From contig NC_068987.1 in assembly GCF_001194135.2 (NCBI RefSeq), forward strand, positions 90,170,451-90,234,450: a stretch of 64,000 nucleotides of DNA. Reading direction: 5' to 3'. Position 1 is the first letter of the stretch; each line of letters begins with the position of its first letter. The notes under the pieces were generated by a model. That model was not told the origin of the DNA. It saw only the letters and a list, made by a program, of their open reading frames with translations, and ran no database searches. This document shows positions 25,326-38,995 of the stretch, piece after piece. The position numbers and the translations under genes are program-made. Origin of the DNA: Octopus bimaculoides. Lineage: Eukaryota.

Positions 25326-28300
25326 ATTTATTACTAAAACTATTAGTTCTTCAATTTGATTTCAGTATTTCTTACCGCTAGGTTTGTTTTCTGTAAAATT
25401 CTTATCCAAGATTACCCAGCTAATTCTTCTATTTATGATATCAATAATTCTCTTCTTTAATGCCTTTTCACGTCAATTGTAGAAGAAAGAATTTATGTAT
25501 TTCTCTAAAACTTATTTTTTTAATATGCATGAAAAGAATGTATATATATTATCAGGAAATTCTTGAAGACCATTTCTCTATTCTATAGAAGAACTACTGT
25601 TTTCTTGTAATATTGTCACTAAAATATTTCCAGAACTTGGAAAGGAATCAACAGATAATGATGGAGGCATCTCATTTTATTTATACATTTATTATTAGAA
25701 AAGATGTCAAGAAATTGTGAAATGACCCTCAAATTGAACCAAAATGAAACGCTATTATCACTGACCAACTGAAATTATCTTGAAAATCTTTTTCTGCTAA
25801 TTCTAAAAGGAATTATTATTATTCAACAACCAAAGTTTTATTACCTCCTCATCCACCACCACCACAACCTCCTCTTTATCATGCATACAAGCAACATCTA
25901 AAATACAATTTGTTGTTTTTCTTTCTTTTTATTATTGCGTTTAATTAACCACACCCCTATTTACTTTATACAGAAAAAAGTTTATATAATTAATTGGTGG
26001 AAAAAAATAAATTATACATAAAAACAACCTAAAAATACATGCAGATTTGTTTTGAAAGATCTAATATTCACATGGAGTAAATAAAAGATTAGGGTTTTTA
26101 TTTAAAACAAAAGTAAAATTGTGGCCATAGTCACTCAACAAAGCAGTCATTGTTGATTTAAAAAAATTCAAATTTAAAAAAAAGGCAAAGTAATAATGAT
26201 GATTATGATGATGATAATGATGATGATGATGATGATGATGAACACACTTCTGAATACTTGACATATTGGCAATATTCTGTCTATGCTTTCACTAAAGGAC
26301 TAAAATATTGATGGTGGAAATTTGATAGTCCTCCTCACATAAAGGGCCGTGTTCAGACAATATGTCCATCATATCCACAACAAGGGAGAATGGCTTAAAT
26401 TTCAACTGTTAAAAAAAAAAAAATAAAATAAAAAAAAAATCATGCTTGTCCAAATCTTTTGAAAAAAGATTGGGTTAAATCTTTTAGCAAGAAGGATTAA
26501 TAACAAATCAGATAAAACTGGTCAGTTGAATGCATTTCAAAGAGGGTTATCATATATTTTTTTTTGTTTGTTTGTTTAGTTTTCTGAAATGAAAAATAAA
26601 AAAATAATAGACATATTTAGATATAAAAAGAATTTCTTTTAAAGACGTTTTATACAAGACAAGACAAGCGGATTAAATACACAAATTTTATAAAACCGAA
26701 CCAGCAGAAGGCAGGGATGTGTTTGTTGTTCTTTCAAGTCAGTATTCAGCCTTTTTTTTTTTTTTTTCCAACTGCAGCTGTAACTGTTAAAAATGCTCAG
26801 AGATAGGAATAATAGACAAGGACCCAAGTGTTGATGGTTTCGGTATTCATATTTAACATTTTTCATATTTTTCCTTTTTTTTTTTACCTTGTGTCGATTC
26901 TGCTTTTATATAATTAGAGGCAATGCTACCTGTATTTCACTATCACAACCCACCTATCCATTCAAAGGGATTTGAATTAGTAAAATCTGCTTACTGCAGC
27001 TAACATTTAGCTGCACCATTATTTTAGTTTGTTTTTTTNNNNNNNNNNNNNNNNNNNNNNNNNNNNNNNNNNNNNNNNNNNNNNNNNNNNNNNNNNNNNN
27101 NNNNNNNNNNNNNNNNNNNNNNNNNNNNNNNNNNNNNNNNNNNNNNNNNNNNNNNNNNNNNNNNNNNNNNNNNNNNNNNNNNNNNNNNNNNNNNNNNNNN
27201 NNNNNNNNNNNNNNNNNNNNNNNNNNNNNNNNNNNNNNNNNNNNNNNNNNNNNNNNNNNNNNNNNNNNNNNNNNNNNNNNNNNNNNNNNNNNNNNNNNNN
27301 NNNNNNNNNNNNNNNNNNNNNNNNNNNNNNNNNNNNNNNNNNNNNNNNNNNNNNNNNNNNNNNNNNNNNNNNNNNNNNNNNNNNNNNNNNNNNNNNNNNN
27401 NNNNNNNNNNNNNNNNNNNNNNNNNNNNNNNNNNNNNNNNNNNNNNNNNNNNNNNNNNNNNNNNNNNNNNNNNNNNNNNNNNNNNNNNNNNNNNNNNNNN
27501 NNNNNNNNNNNNNNNNNNNNNNNNNNNNNNNNNNNNNNNNNNNNNNNNNNNNNNNNNNNNNNNNNNNNNNNNNNNNNNNNNNNNNNNNNTTTTTTTTACT
27601 TTTCGCCACCCACTTTATCAGTTTTGAACAAAGTCATTAAATCCTAAATAGTATTTAATCCAATGAAAAAAAAAAAAAGAAATGTATCAAGTGGACAAAA
27701 TGTGCACATCAAAAATAGCAAATACAAACTTTACACCGATTATACACAAAGTTTGGTTTCGGAATTAGTCCATAAACTTCAAAAAGTTTTCTTTAGAAAT
27801 AAATAAAGGAATAAATACTATAAAAACGTTTTCCAAGTAGTCTTTAGAACAAATTGAATCAACAGTTGCTTTGGCAATTTTAGGATGGAATTAGATTTCT
27901 TTGTATAGCAATATCTGATTTGATAAATGAAGAAATATATTTTCATGGAGAAATGGGATTTTTATTCTAGCACAGATAAATTGTATGAAAATATATATGT
28001 TGTACCTACTTTGACTTGATAAGAGAAGAAAATAACAGATTTTATACTGAATAGAAATATAGCATTCATAAATACATCAAAGTTCTGACATGGCTTGATA
28101 GAATAGTTTTATATTACACATAATATGACAAACATGTAGCATGTGTAAGTCTTCATTTACATGGTTATGGAAATCTAGAACCAGAGTCTCTAAGACAGTC
28201 TGACACTGAAGTTGAAATTTAAGAAAAAAAAATTGAAATGTAGAGAGAAGAGAACATGCTTTTAAAGTCTGTTTGGATAATTAACACACTAATCAAGTTA

Positions 28301-31250
28301 GTTTCTTTAGTTGAATTATTAATTCACTATTCTTTGTAATTAGGAACTGGGTGGAATAATAAGTAAGAAAGACTCTCAAAAAGCCCAAAGCCAACTTGAG
28401 AAATCTCAACAAAGAAATAACTAAGTTTGTTTTACAGACATGGAATATTTGATTGAGAATCCTTTGGAATTACCATCTCTCTGTAATTAGAGTGAAGTGC
28501 TACACTATCCACTGAAACTAAACTGTGAGCTACTGACTCAGTTTTCACCTAAAGAGGATGAAGTGATAATCCACGTTGCAAAGTACATTGATCCTCCCTA
28601 TACATTCATTGTCAGCCATAAGGTCCTACAAGAGTATGGCAGGAATTCAAGAATTCACTATTGCTGCTATATCTTTGAAGACCCTCAACCAAATGTCTTT
28701 CTTACTAAGTCTCTCTCTCTCTCACTCTCTCTCCCCACAACTCTCTATTTAGGTGTTAGAAACTGATGTAAACATCATAAAGGTTTAAGTCATCAATCTA
28801 CCTTAAATTTTTTAAAATGCTTAAATTAAATAAATTGGATAAAAGAACTGTTTTTCATGAAATAAATCATTGTATGAAGAATACAGCTGTAAAACTGAAG
28901 AGCTCAATAAAATCAAAATATAGAAATAGAGTAGAAATCAAATTTATATAGACAGCAGCTCATATATCCGTTAACAGATGAAGTTAACTTCATAAAACTT
29001 TTTGCTTGTCAACAAAACAAAACCTCTCCAAGCAGAAAACAAAATTACCCATAAGGAAAAGAAAATCAGGTTTGTTTCTTGCTTTCTTAAAATAGCAACT
29101 CAATAATTATTTGTGAATAAATTCATAAAACAGATATTCTCTTCTATCAACACAACAATGACAAAATCGTAATACTAACTAGCAATATAATGCCAATTGT
29201 GAAGAGGAATTTAACTGTGATTCATCTAAAATATGTGAAGAGGATTGGAGAGTCAAGAATCAAGAAGATTTTATTAATTTTTTGTTGTCTGGATAAACCA
29301 GAAATATAAACACAGGACAAAAGTTCAATAAATTCTTAACCAATAAAATTTACCTGAAAAGCTAAGTGAGATATATTAGTGTATGAAGGGAAGAGATATT
29401 TAACATTTTAGACAAAAAGGCAAAAAAAAAAGAAAAAAAGGCCTTGTCCACAAAATTAGATATTTCTTCAAATAGGACGTTAACATTCTGTTATTCAGAA
29501 TTTTTCCTTGTTGACACAAACACACCACCTGTAGTCTCCTTGAATTCCGACAATTCTGTCTAAAAGGTTATAGACTGTAATTCAATAATAATATAGAGGA
29601 ACATACACACACATACAAACATTTAAATAGCACTGTTTTACAGTGTCTATGTGCTAAACTGAAATTGAGGCTGACAAAAACTGTTAAGAAGCTCGTTGGA
29701 TGAACAGTAAGTGTAATCTAGAGCTCCAGTCTGATGACACATTGTGTTAAAGACATACACACATGTCTGTGGAATACTCAACCACTTACACAGTAATTTA
29801 ACAAATAGTTAGTGTTCAGCAGATTGAACATCAGTTCATTGTTGAAACCAATCGAGGATCCATCATCATGTTTACATAGAATGTCGAGTTTTGAGGTATC
29901 ATGAGGCACTGTGTTTTTGTGCTTGTATGAGGTTCAGCTTGTTCAATTGTGTGTCCCCATGATTGGCCGGGACTGCAGCTATGATTAAAACCAGTCACAA
30001 GACCCACAGTAATCTAGCAAGCAGATAACAAAAGGACAAATCACATCTACAAGTGACGTTAATTTCTACCAATTCCAACCAATTATAAAAATAATTTTTG
30101 AAAGACTACGACAAAAAGGAAACTCATTCTGCACCAGAATAATACAGCAAAATACTTAGAAATATCTTCAAACTACTATTGGTTTTAATTTTTAAACTTT
30201 CTTCAAGCAAAGAGATATTCTATCACCTGTCAGTGACATCATGATTTCTCTAGCTGCCAATGTTTAGACATCCATCATCATCATCATCATCTACTCCTAA
30301 AATGGCTGCAGTCAACACAAACCTTCTCAAGGAGTGAAATATTTAGAATGAAATATCCATGTAAAAACTTCCATTAGTGTCTGTTGTCTGCTGGGCAGAA
30401 ATACACTCAGTTGAAAGCAGTTATCTGCCTGTTATTTGATATTAAATCAATTGCACAATATATTTGCCATATGACAACTGTTGAAACAAAATGAATTGTG
30501 ATTAAAAAAAAAAAGAAAAGAAAGAAGTCACAGGTCATAAGAAATGTCACATGGATAAAATATTAAATTCTTTAAATTTTAATGACGATTCATTTAAGAG
30601 AAAACTCAAATCCAAGAAAGTAAAAAAAAAAAATTACATTTTTTTTTACCTTTTTTTCATTTTTAGTAGGTTCAAAATTGTTTTATTTAATGTTGTTAAG
30701 TCTTTTAATCAGAGTTTCAAATAATTACAAGTTGTATAATGAGAGGAGATAAGCATTGAAATAAAAAATAAAATAATATAAAAACAAACAAAAATAATCA
30801 GTGTAGAAGAGATAAGAGTCTTCAATTGAAATGAAGAGAGCAGGAAAGCAACTTTCAGATGAAGCACTTACAGCAGCAGAAATGAAGTAAAATGAAAATT
30901 CTTCATTCACTGTTTAAGCAGTTTTAAAGATTTCAGAATGATTTATTCTGGTAGAATTGGATTTTTAAACATTACAAAAAAAAAAAAAGAAAAAAAAAAA
31001 AATTGTGAGGGCTAAAGTTTAGATAAAAAGTATAAATAAACAAAAAAAAAATGATAAAAGACATCCAGAGAGAGAGAGAAAGAAAAGAGATAAAAAAAAA
31101 ATATCAACCTACAAAGGCCATTGTATGTAGGTGTGAAGTTTACAGATAAATAATTTGAACCAACAATCAGTGCCTTTGAAAAGACAATTTTGGTTGAGAA
31201 ATTAAATTGTTGACCAATAAGAAGAGAACAAATCTTCAGGTTGAAGACAG

Positions 31251-31285
<35 letters not shown>

Positions 31286-32709
31286 AGAGCAGTGAGGAAG
31301 GAAAGAACTAAAATGATAGAAAAAAAATAAACAAAAGGGAGAGGTGAGGTGGGATTGCATCAGCATATTGACAATATGTGGACATACATGTATGGTTGTA
31401 GTTTAAGATGGATTGCATACACCAATTGCATGATATGTGAGTATGCATACTGCGAAGAGACAGGGGAAAAAAAAAACATTGAGACAATGATATGTGTAGG
31501 ATCCTCAACAATATATGCATGTGTGTGTGTGTGTATGGCTAGATACTTACATATACATACACACACACACACACACACATACATAAATACACATGCATAC
31601 ATATACACATAAGATGACTACAAGACAATTTCGAGTGATGCCATTGCCTGAGGTGGCTTTTCAGTCTTGTTAGGAATCAACACACTTTCGCACAAAAATG
31701 GCAATAGGCACCTCCTGCAGCAAGAGTGTTGAGAGAGCTTACCACCCACACTGACATCTACCTTTGTTCCATCATGGAATCTTTCATTGAGTGTTTGCCT
31801 TTTTTTTGGCTACAGTCAGCCATCGTATGCAACAAATAAGAGATGTTAAAAACCAAGCCATGTCTGGATATGTAGCATTTTAAAGTAAGGAAAGGCCTTG
31901 CACAGAGCCAATCCTATTCTCTAAACAATGTATGCATTCACCCCTGCTTTGCAAAATCAACTAGTCTACATCATTGGATGCAAACAAAGTCACAGATGCT
32001 GCATTATACAAGGTATACATATACAAACATATACACACAGTCACGCACACACACACATACATACATACACAACATATACACAAATATATACAAGCACATT
32101 CATAGGCAAATCTTAATATANNNNNNNNNNNNNNNNNNNNNNNNNNNNNNNNNNNNNNNNNNNNNNNNNNNNNNNNNNNNNNNNNNNNNNNNNNNNNNNN
32201 NNNNNNNNNNNNNNNNNNNNNNNNNNNNNNNNNNNNNNNNNNNNNNNNNNNNNNNNNNNNNNNNNNNNNNNNNNNNNNNNNNNNNNNNNNNNNNNNNNNN
32301 NNNNNNNNNNNNNNNNNNNNNNNNNNNNNNNNNNNNNNNNNNNNNNNNNNNNNNNNNNNNNNNNNNNNNNNNNNNNNNNNNNNNNNNNNNNNNNNNNNNN
32401 NNNNNNNNNNNNNNNNNNNNNNNNNNNNNNNNNNNNNNNNNNNNNNNNNNNNNNNNNNNNNNNNNNNNNNNNNNNNNNNNNNNNNNNNNNNNNNNNNNNN
32501 NNNNNNNNNNNNNNNNNNNNNNNNNNNNNNNNNNNNNNNNNNNNNNNNNNNNNNNNNNNNNNNNNNNNNNNNNNNNNNNNNNNNNNNNNNNNNNNNNNNN
32601 NNNNNNNNNNNNNNNNNNNNNNNNNNNNNNNNNNNNNNNNNNNNNNNNNNNNNNNNNNNNNNNNNNNNNNNNNNNNNNNNNNNNNNNNNNNNNNNNNNNN
32701 NNNNNNNNN

Positions 32710-32840
32710 NNATATACACACACATGCATTATATACATGTAAATATATATATTAAACTGTATGTATGTATCATCATCATCAACATTTAACATCTGTTTCT
32801 CTATGCTGGCTTGGGCTTGATTATGTATATACATACAAAC

Positions 32841-32893
<53 letters not shown>

Positions 32894-33529
32894 CGCATAT
32901 GCAAATATGTGTGTGTGCATATAAATATCTAATCTATAATCATTAGTCAGACAAAATATATTTTGTTTCACCTATAGTTCTTCGGGACATTTTGTTGGAC
33001 TAACATTATGGATTAAATGTTTATTCTTTCTCAGACTTATCCTTCAGTTCTTTATTCTAGATGGCCCAGCATACATACATATTTGTGTGTGTGTGCGTGT
33101 GTGTGTACCTGTATAAATACAAACATATGTGTACATACACCTATAGATTTATACATACATACATACATACACACACATATACATATATATATGCAGACAC
33201 ACACACATACATGAGTGTGTGGGTGTGTATATATAATACACACACACACACAGTCATTTATATATACATATATATATATGTGTGTGTGTGTACACACATT
33301 GATATTTATATCAATACAAATATATTTATGTATATATATACACATATATAGTTATGTTTGTATGTATGTACACACATATATAGATACATATCCACACACA
33401 CATATATATATATATATATATTTGTATTTGTGTGTGTGTTTGTGTGTATATAAATAAATCTCTAGCCAAACTGTTAGTCGAGAAAATATTCAAAATCGTT
33501 GCCAATGCATTTTATGCATAAAAAAAGAA

Positions 33530-33560
<31 letters not shown>
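32710..33560. repeat. Compound AT/AC/AAT microsatellite field
   Basis: Interleaved (TA)n, (CA)n, (TG)n, (TACA)n and (AAT)n. Similar fields at about 5690-5840, 7830-8140, 8290-8465, 10395-10520, 44460-44830, 46190-46650, 51415-51495, 55770-55870, 61770-61980 and 63945-64000. Confidence 0.95.
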
Positions 33561-33565
<5 letters not shown>

Positions 33566-33800
33566 CTTCGACAAGGCAACAGGAGCCTCCTCATTTTTTT
33601 GGGTGTTTTTGTTTGCTTTGTTTATTTCATTTGTTCTATTTTTTTGTTATTTTTTGTTAATTTTTTTTTGTTTCATTTTAAACAATGTCTGCTTTGCTGG
33701 TCTATTTAAGTAGGGAACTGAGCAGATCCGATGATCCATCTTGTCACGGAATTCCAGAAAAAGATGAGTGAGTTTTGATGATGAAAACAAAGAATGAATA

Positions 33801-33878
33801 TTACAGAAGCTGACATTTGGTTCTTGGTTTCCTAGGAGGTTGTGGTTGCAAAACTGCTCTGACTGCTTCTTCAAACAC
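33801..33878 (-). CDS. Mtl: Mtl-type Rac GTPase, terminal coding exon
   Basis: Acceptor ttttttgcag|GTG; VFEEAVRAVLQPQPPRKPRTKCQLL*: polybasic region plus CAAX (CQLL, geranylgeranylation type). Total spliced ORF 195 aa. Confidence 0.95.
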   Translation of the reverse strand: MFEEAVRAVLQPQPPRKPRTKCQLL

Positions 33879-36800
33879 CTGCAAAAAATGAAAACAATGT
33901 TTGTCACTGATTTTAATAATTTTCCTTTGAGACACAGCCCCAAGGCCACTAATTATGCTGGTGAGAAAACAGTCAACCATATTAATGGTGCTTGGCACTG
34001 GTGCCAAATAAAAAGCACCCAGAATACTTTGTAAAGTGGTTGGCAATAGGGAGGGCGTCCAGCTGTAGAAATCAAGCCAAATCGGATTGGAACTTGGTGT
34101 GGCTCCTGTCAAACCATCCAACCCATACCAGCATGGAAAATTGATGACAAATGATGACAATTAGGATTATGATGATGGTCAGTACTTGAATGGTGTTTGT
34201 TTGGATAAAAGGCCAAGTTGACTTCAGCCTCCAGTGCCAGAACTAAATATTGCTCCCCATATAATCTTACGATTGCCATACCCATCCAGTTCTACTCACC
34301 TGGGACATCTCATCTATCCATTGCTCCTATTCATTCTTTCTCTTCCCTACTGTGAGTAATCATGCAGCCCTTCTACAAGAACCAGTTCTGCCCTATCACT
34401 TTCTCTCATGCTTTAAGCCCTCATCTCCTAACATAAAGCTAACCCCCAGCCCCCACTGGGTTTATGATCTTGGGAACTGCATGGTGGTATGAAAAACAAA
34501 ATGGAGGCAGGTTTGCTACAGCTGGATGCTTTTCCTGTTGCCAATCTGCACCATTTTGCAAGCAAGGTAATATTTCATGAAAAATTGGAAATAAACAACC
34601 TCATTTGTATGATAACGATTCTCATTTACACCCACTTTGTGATGTTTAGACATGGTACACACACACAAATATGATGGGCTTCTTTCAGTTTCCATCTACC
34701 AAATCCACTCACAATGCATTGATTGGCTCAGAGCAATAGTAGAAGACACTTGTCCAAGGCACTACACAGTGGGATTGAACTCAAGACCACATGCTTGGGA
34801 AGTAAGCTTCTTAATCACACAATTACTTCTTCCCTGAGTAGAAATATTTGATTCTCAATGTCGTCTCCAACATGTCAGATCAGACGGAGAAAGACTGAGG
34901 TCTGTTCTAAAGAGAAATCTCCACTACATCACACTAGAGCCAAGTACTGGCATTCATAGAAATCGCTGGAAACTCAAAGAAAGTTATTCCTTATACTATA
35001 GTTTACTCTCCACTTCAGCCATGTGACTTTTTGTTCAGCCAGCTTCACATTACTGGTTTGCTTCACAGATTCATGCGTTGGCTGATGGTTGATACCAACA
35101 TATTCGTAACCTAAGTTTCGATATCTTGCATACAATAAGCAACATGCGAAAACAGTTGCAGAGGAGACAAACGTATCACAGACAAGATGACACAGGAATG
35201 AAAAGAATGGCAAACCTGACACAACCAAAGCTAGAATAGCGAAATGGAGGCTAAAAATAGACGAAAAAAAAAACAACACTGATAACAGTGGAAAACAGAG
35301 TGAGTATAGATAGAAACATTAACCGTTTCATGTAATTCAATTAATTTTAAAATAGTCACGAGTTTTGAACAACCAAAATAAGCAATGTATGTCATTGGCA
35401 GCAAGACACCTGTACCTGTCCCTCTATCACATTTTAACTATCAACACCTGGCATAAAGTCACTTCCATCAATACTACTCCACCCCTTTCAGCTGAGGGCT
35501 CTTGTCTTGCAAGTTACTTGGTGACCTCACTAGTGTTGGTGCTACATGAAAAGCACCTGGTATACTGTGTTAAGTGGTTGGTGCCAAGAAGGGGGCATAC
35601 AGCTGTGGAAAACCCAGCCAAAGTAGATATTAGAACTTGGTGCAGCAGTCCTCTTGCTTACCAGGATGGAAAATAGTCATGAAATGATGGAAGATGATAG
35701 AATTGATGAAGAAGTATTTGGAACTTAAGTTGTGATGGAAAACTTCAATTGATACATAACAGGGTTTGACAAACAAACATCTCTTTAGTATTTAACCCAA
35801 CAACCAGCCTCTTATATTCACCTCAAATCCCAAAACCATTTCTTATTTTTCCTCATTTGCAACAACAATAACAACTCAAATGTCATAATTTTCAACTTGT
35901 TTCAATGTTTTGTCTAAAAATTTATAGGAAAATAAAAATAACATAACCATGTGTCCTTAAAGTTTTGTCATTGCCCCATGGAATATTTTTTGTTCATCAT
36001 CAAAACAGGTGTAGTGAGGCACAAGAAGCCAGCGCCATTTTGAACAAGATCTCACTGGTAGCCATTGTCATGTGCAAAGACAAGAACGAAATCTCGCCTG
36101 CAACCATTTGCCATGAGCGAGACGACAATGAGACTCTCGCCGGCAACCAATATTTAAGCAAGAGAACAATGGCATTCTCTCTCTCACTCTTCTCGAACAT
36201 GGAAAGCGGACGTTAAATGATGATGATGATGATGATGATGATGATGTTTAAAGTAATTTTGTTGCTGTTGTTGTTAATGAGGGAAAGTAAAAATGGTTTT
36301 GGCTTTGAGGATAGAATAAGGTGAGGACCGTTCAGTTGAAAACTTGATTTTTTTTTTCTTTAAATGGTATCAGCACAAGTGGAAGTGGTTCACTGTGTTT
36401 ATGTTGTGGAAGATGAGAGATGATGGAGAGGAAGAGAGAAAAGGGTTTACAGNNNNNNNNNNNNNNNNNNNNNNNNNNNNNNNNNNNNNNNNNNNNNNNN
36501 NNNNNNNNNNNNNNNNNNNNNNNNNNNNNNNNNNNNNNNNNNNNNNNNNNNNNNNNNNNNNNNNNNNNNNNNNNNNNNNNNNNNNNNNNNNNNNNNNNNN
36601 NNNNNNNNNNNNNNNNNNNNNNNNNNNNNNNNNNNNNNNNNNNNNNNNNNNNNNNNNNNNNNNNNNNNNNNNNNNNNNNNNNNNNNNNNNNNNNNNNNNN
36701 NNNNNNNNNNNNNNNNNNNNNNNNNNNNNNNNNNNNNNNNNNNNNNNNNNNNNNNNNNNNNNNNNNNNNNNNNNNNNNNNNNNNNNNNNNNNNNNNNNNN

Positions 36801-37210
36801 NNNNNNNNNNNNNNNNNNNNNNNNNNNNNNNNNNNNNNNNNNNNNNNNNNNNNNNNNNNNNNNNNNNNNNNNNNNNNNNNNNNNNNNNNNNNNNNNNNNN
36901 NNNNNNNNNNNNNNNNNNNNNNNNNNNNNNNNNNNNNNNNNNNNNNNNNNNNNNNNNNNNNNNNNNNNNNNNNNNNNNNNNNNNNNNNNNNNNNNNNNNA
37001 GAGAGAGAAAGAGAGAGAGAAAGAAAGAAAGGGAGAGAAAGAGAGAAAAGAAAGAGAGCAAGAGGAAGAGAGAGAGAGAGAGAGACTGCAGATGAGGAGA
37101 GGGATTAAGAGAGACAAAGAAGAAGATGAAAGAGGACACAGAAAATGCAGAGACTAGCAAAAGTGAAATGTTTTTCTCTTTATTTAAAAGGGTCTCCAAA
37201 AGTGACTAAC

Positions 37211-37371
37211 CTGCTTGAGTCCCCTCTGCGTAAGTGCTGAACACTCCATGTATTTCACAGCCCGGACCTTGTTAGCCATCTTGATTCCCTGTTCCCTTTT
37301 AATCGGAGATAAACCCTGTGAAGCTAGAGTCCCTATTGCTTCTTTATTCTCCCGTAAATCTATTTTTGTAC
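37211..37371 (-). CDS. Mtl: Mtl-type Rac GTPase, coding exon 4
   Basis: Not in the ORF track. Acceptor tttttgtag|GT; (G)TKIDLRENKEAIGTLASQGLSPIKREQGIKMANKVRAVKYMECSALTQRGLKQ with G4 (TKID), Rho insert and G5 (ECSA); donor CAG|gttagt. Confidence 0.95.
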
Positions 37372-37739
37372 CTACAAAAAGAAATAAAAGAAATAAAATT
37401 ATAAACTCTACATTTTACCATTTCATGCTCCAAAAACAAAAAAAAAAAAGCACCAATTATGACAATGATTTCAAAGAAAAGCGCAATATTACAAATATTT
37501 GGGGAAAAGAAGAAGAGGAGTGACAGGAAGGACAATTGACTAAAACATTATATCCTTTTACTCGCCATGGTAAATCAACTTATTGAATTCTTCAAGGAAC
37601 TCTCACTCTCTGATGGATTCATCTATATTGCTAATCTATAGATCACCTTCTTCAGATTCTGAATGTTTACAGTTCTATATCTACCACCTCTCTGTCTTAC
37701 AAACCCCTGCTACAACAGCCTCAGCTCTACTGGACCAAC

Positions 37740-37960
37740 TAGATACATGTCTCCCTTACCTGGCTCCACCCAACAACACTTGTCTTTCCTCTTTCTGTCC
37801 CTTCTGCCATGCCTGCCCACAGCACAATTCCATCCTCAATACATCCCTCCCCCCAACCCTTTTTTACTAAAACTGTAGCTCACTGGAATTCTCTGCCAAT
37901 GTTTTTCTTACAAATATTAACCAACAAACATTCACAATGAGCACCAATCACGCCAACCTC
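37740..37960 (+). mobile_element. Possible CR1/L2-like LINE 3' remnant
   Basis: FFTKTVAHWNSLP resembles the conserved FF.RT...WNSLP C-terminal motif. Confidence 0.4.
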
Positions 37961-38761
37961 ACTTGTCTGGGAATGTCTTCTAAAGTTCTGAGCATTGATA
38001 TTCCTCCTGAAGCTAAACAGCGTCAATTCAATTGACCAGATATGGATTCAGAATACAGGTCGGTTCTTACAAACCATTCTTAACAATGGCATAAGGTTGC
38101 ACATTTCAGTGAAGGTGGGAGGGTAGTATATTCATATTTAAATATTTCTTTTGATTTTAGCAAAAAATCCTGGGAAGATGACAGGCAAAGTTTCCACTAC
38201 AGGATTCCCCTTAAGTAATATCCTAGCTTTCATACCATTAGATTGTTAAGAGAAGCAACTTTCAAGTAAAAGAAAGTTTTTCTTTTAAATATTATTTATT
38301 TTCAAACATGAAAAAATATATGGCATTTTTATCTTTTACTTGTTTCAATCATTACACTGCAGCCATGCTGGGGCAACGCCTTAGAGAATTTTTAGTCGAA
38401 TGAAGCAATCTCAGTTTTTACGTTTTTAAAAGCCAAGTATTTATTCTATCAGTCTCTTTTGCCAAACCGCTAAGTTAGAGACATAAACAGACACAATGAC
38501 ACACACACACCTAATATATACAATGGGCTTCTTTCAGTTTTTGTCTACCAAATTCACTCACAAGGCTTTGGTTAGCCCAAGGCTATAGTAGAAAACACTT
38601 GCCCACAGTATCATGCAGTGGGATTGAACCTAGAGCCATGTAGTTAGGAAGCAGATGTCTTACCACATAGCCATGTCTCTACAGTAGATGGAGAAAGTTC
38701 AAGAACAGACAAGTAAGGAAAGACATATTCGTTTCCATTTTTGTATTTAAACTATTTATTA

Positions 38762-38995
38762 AGGCATGGGGTGTAAGTGGTGATGGTGTTGCACTCACAA
38801 CTGCAAGATCAAGGTTCCTGCACCAAGTAGCGTGTCGTGTTCTTGAGCAAGACATTCCATTTCACATTGCTTCAGTTCACTCAGCTGTAGAAACGGGTCA
38901 CCCTGCAAGGGACCAGTATCCTGTTCAAGGGGAACATTGTGATCTGAGTCACTTATAATGCCAAGGAAATCAAGTGACCAACCCTATGAGTCCAA
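38762..38995 (+). mobile_element. tRNA-head SINE with a V/Meta-domain-like core
   Basis: Core tgtgttcttgagcaagaca.t..atttcacattgct.cagt.cactcagctg shared with copies at about 16345-16625 and 49235-49500. Confidence 0.55.

Noticed and set aside
28497-28766. 89-aa + strand ORF between the two genes
   Set aside because: TTG/GTG-type start, ends in a (CT)n tract, no motif or partner exons.
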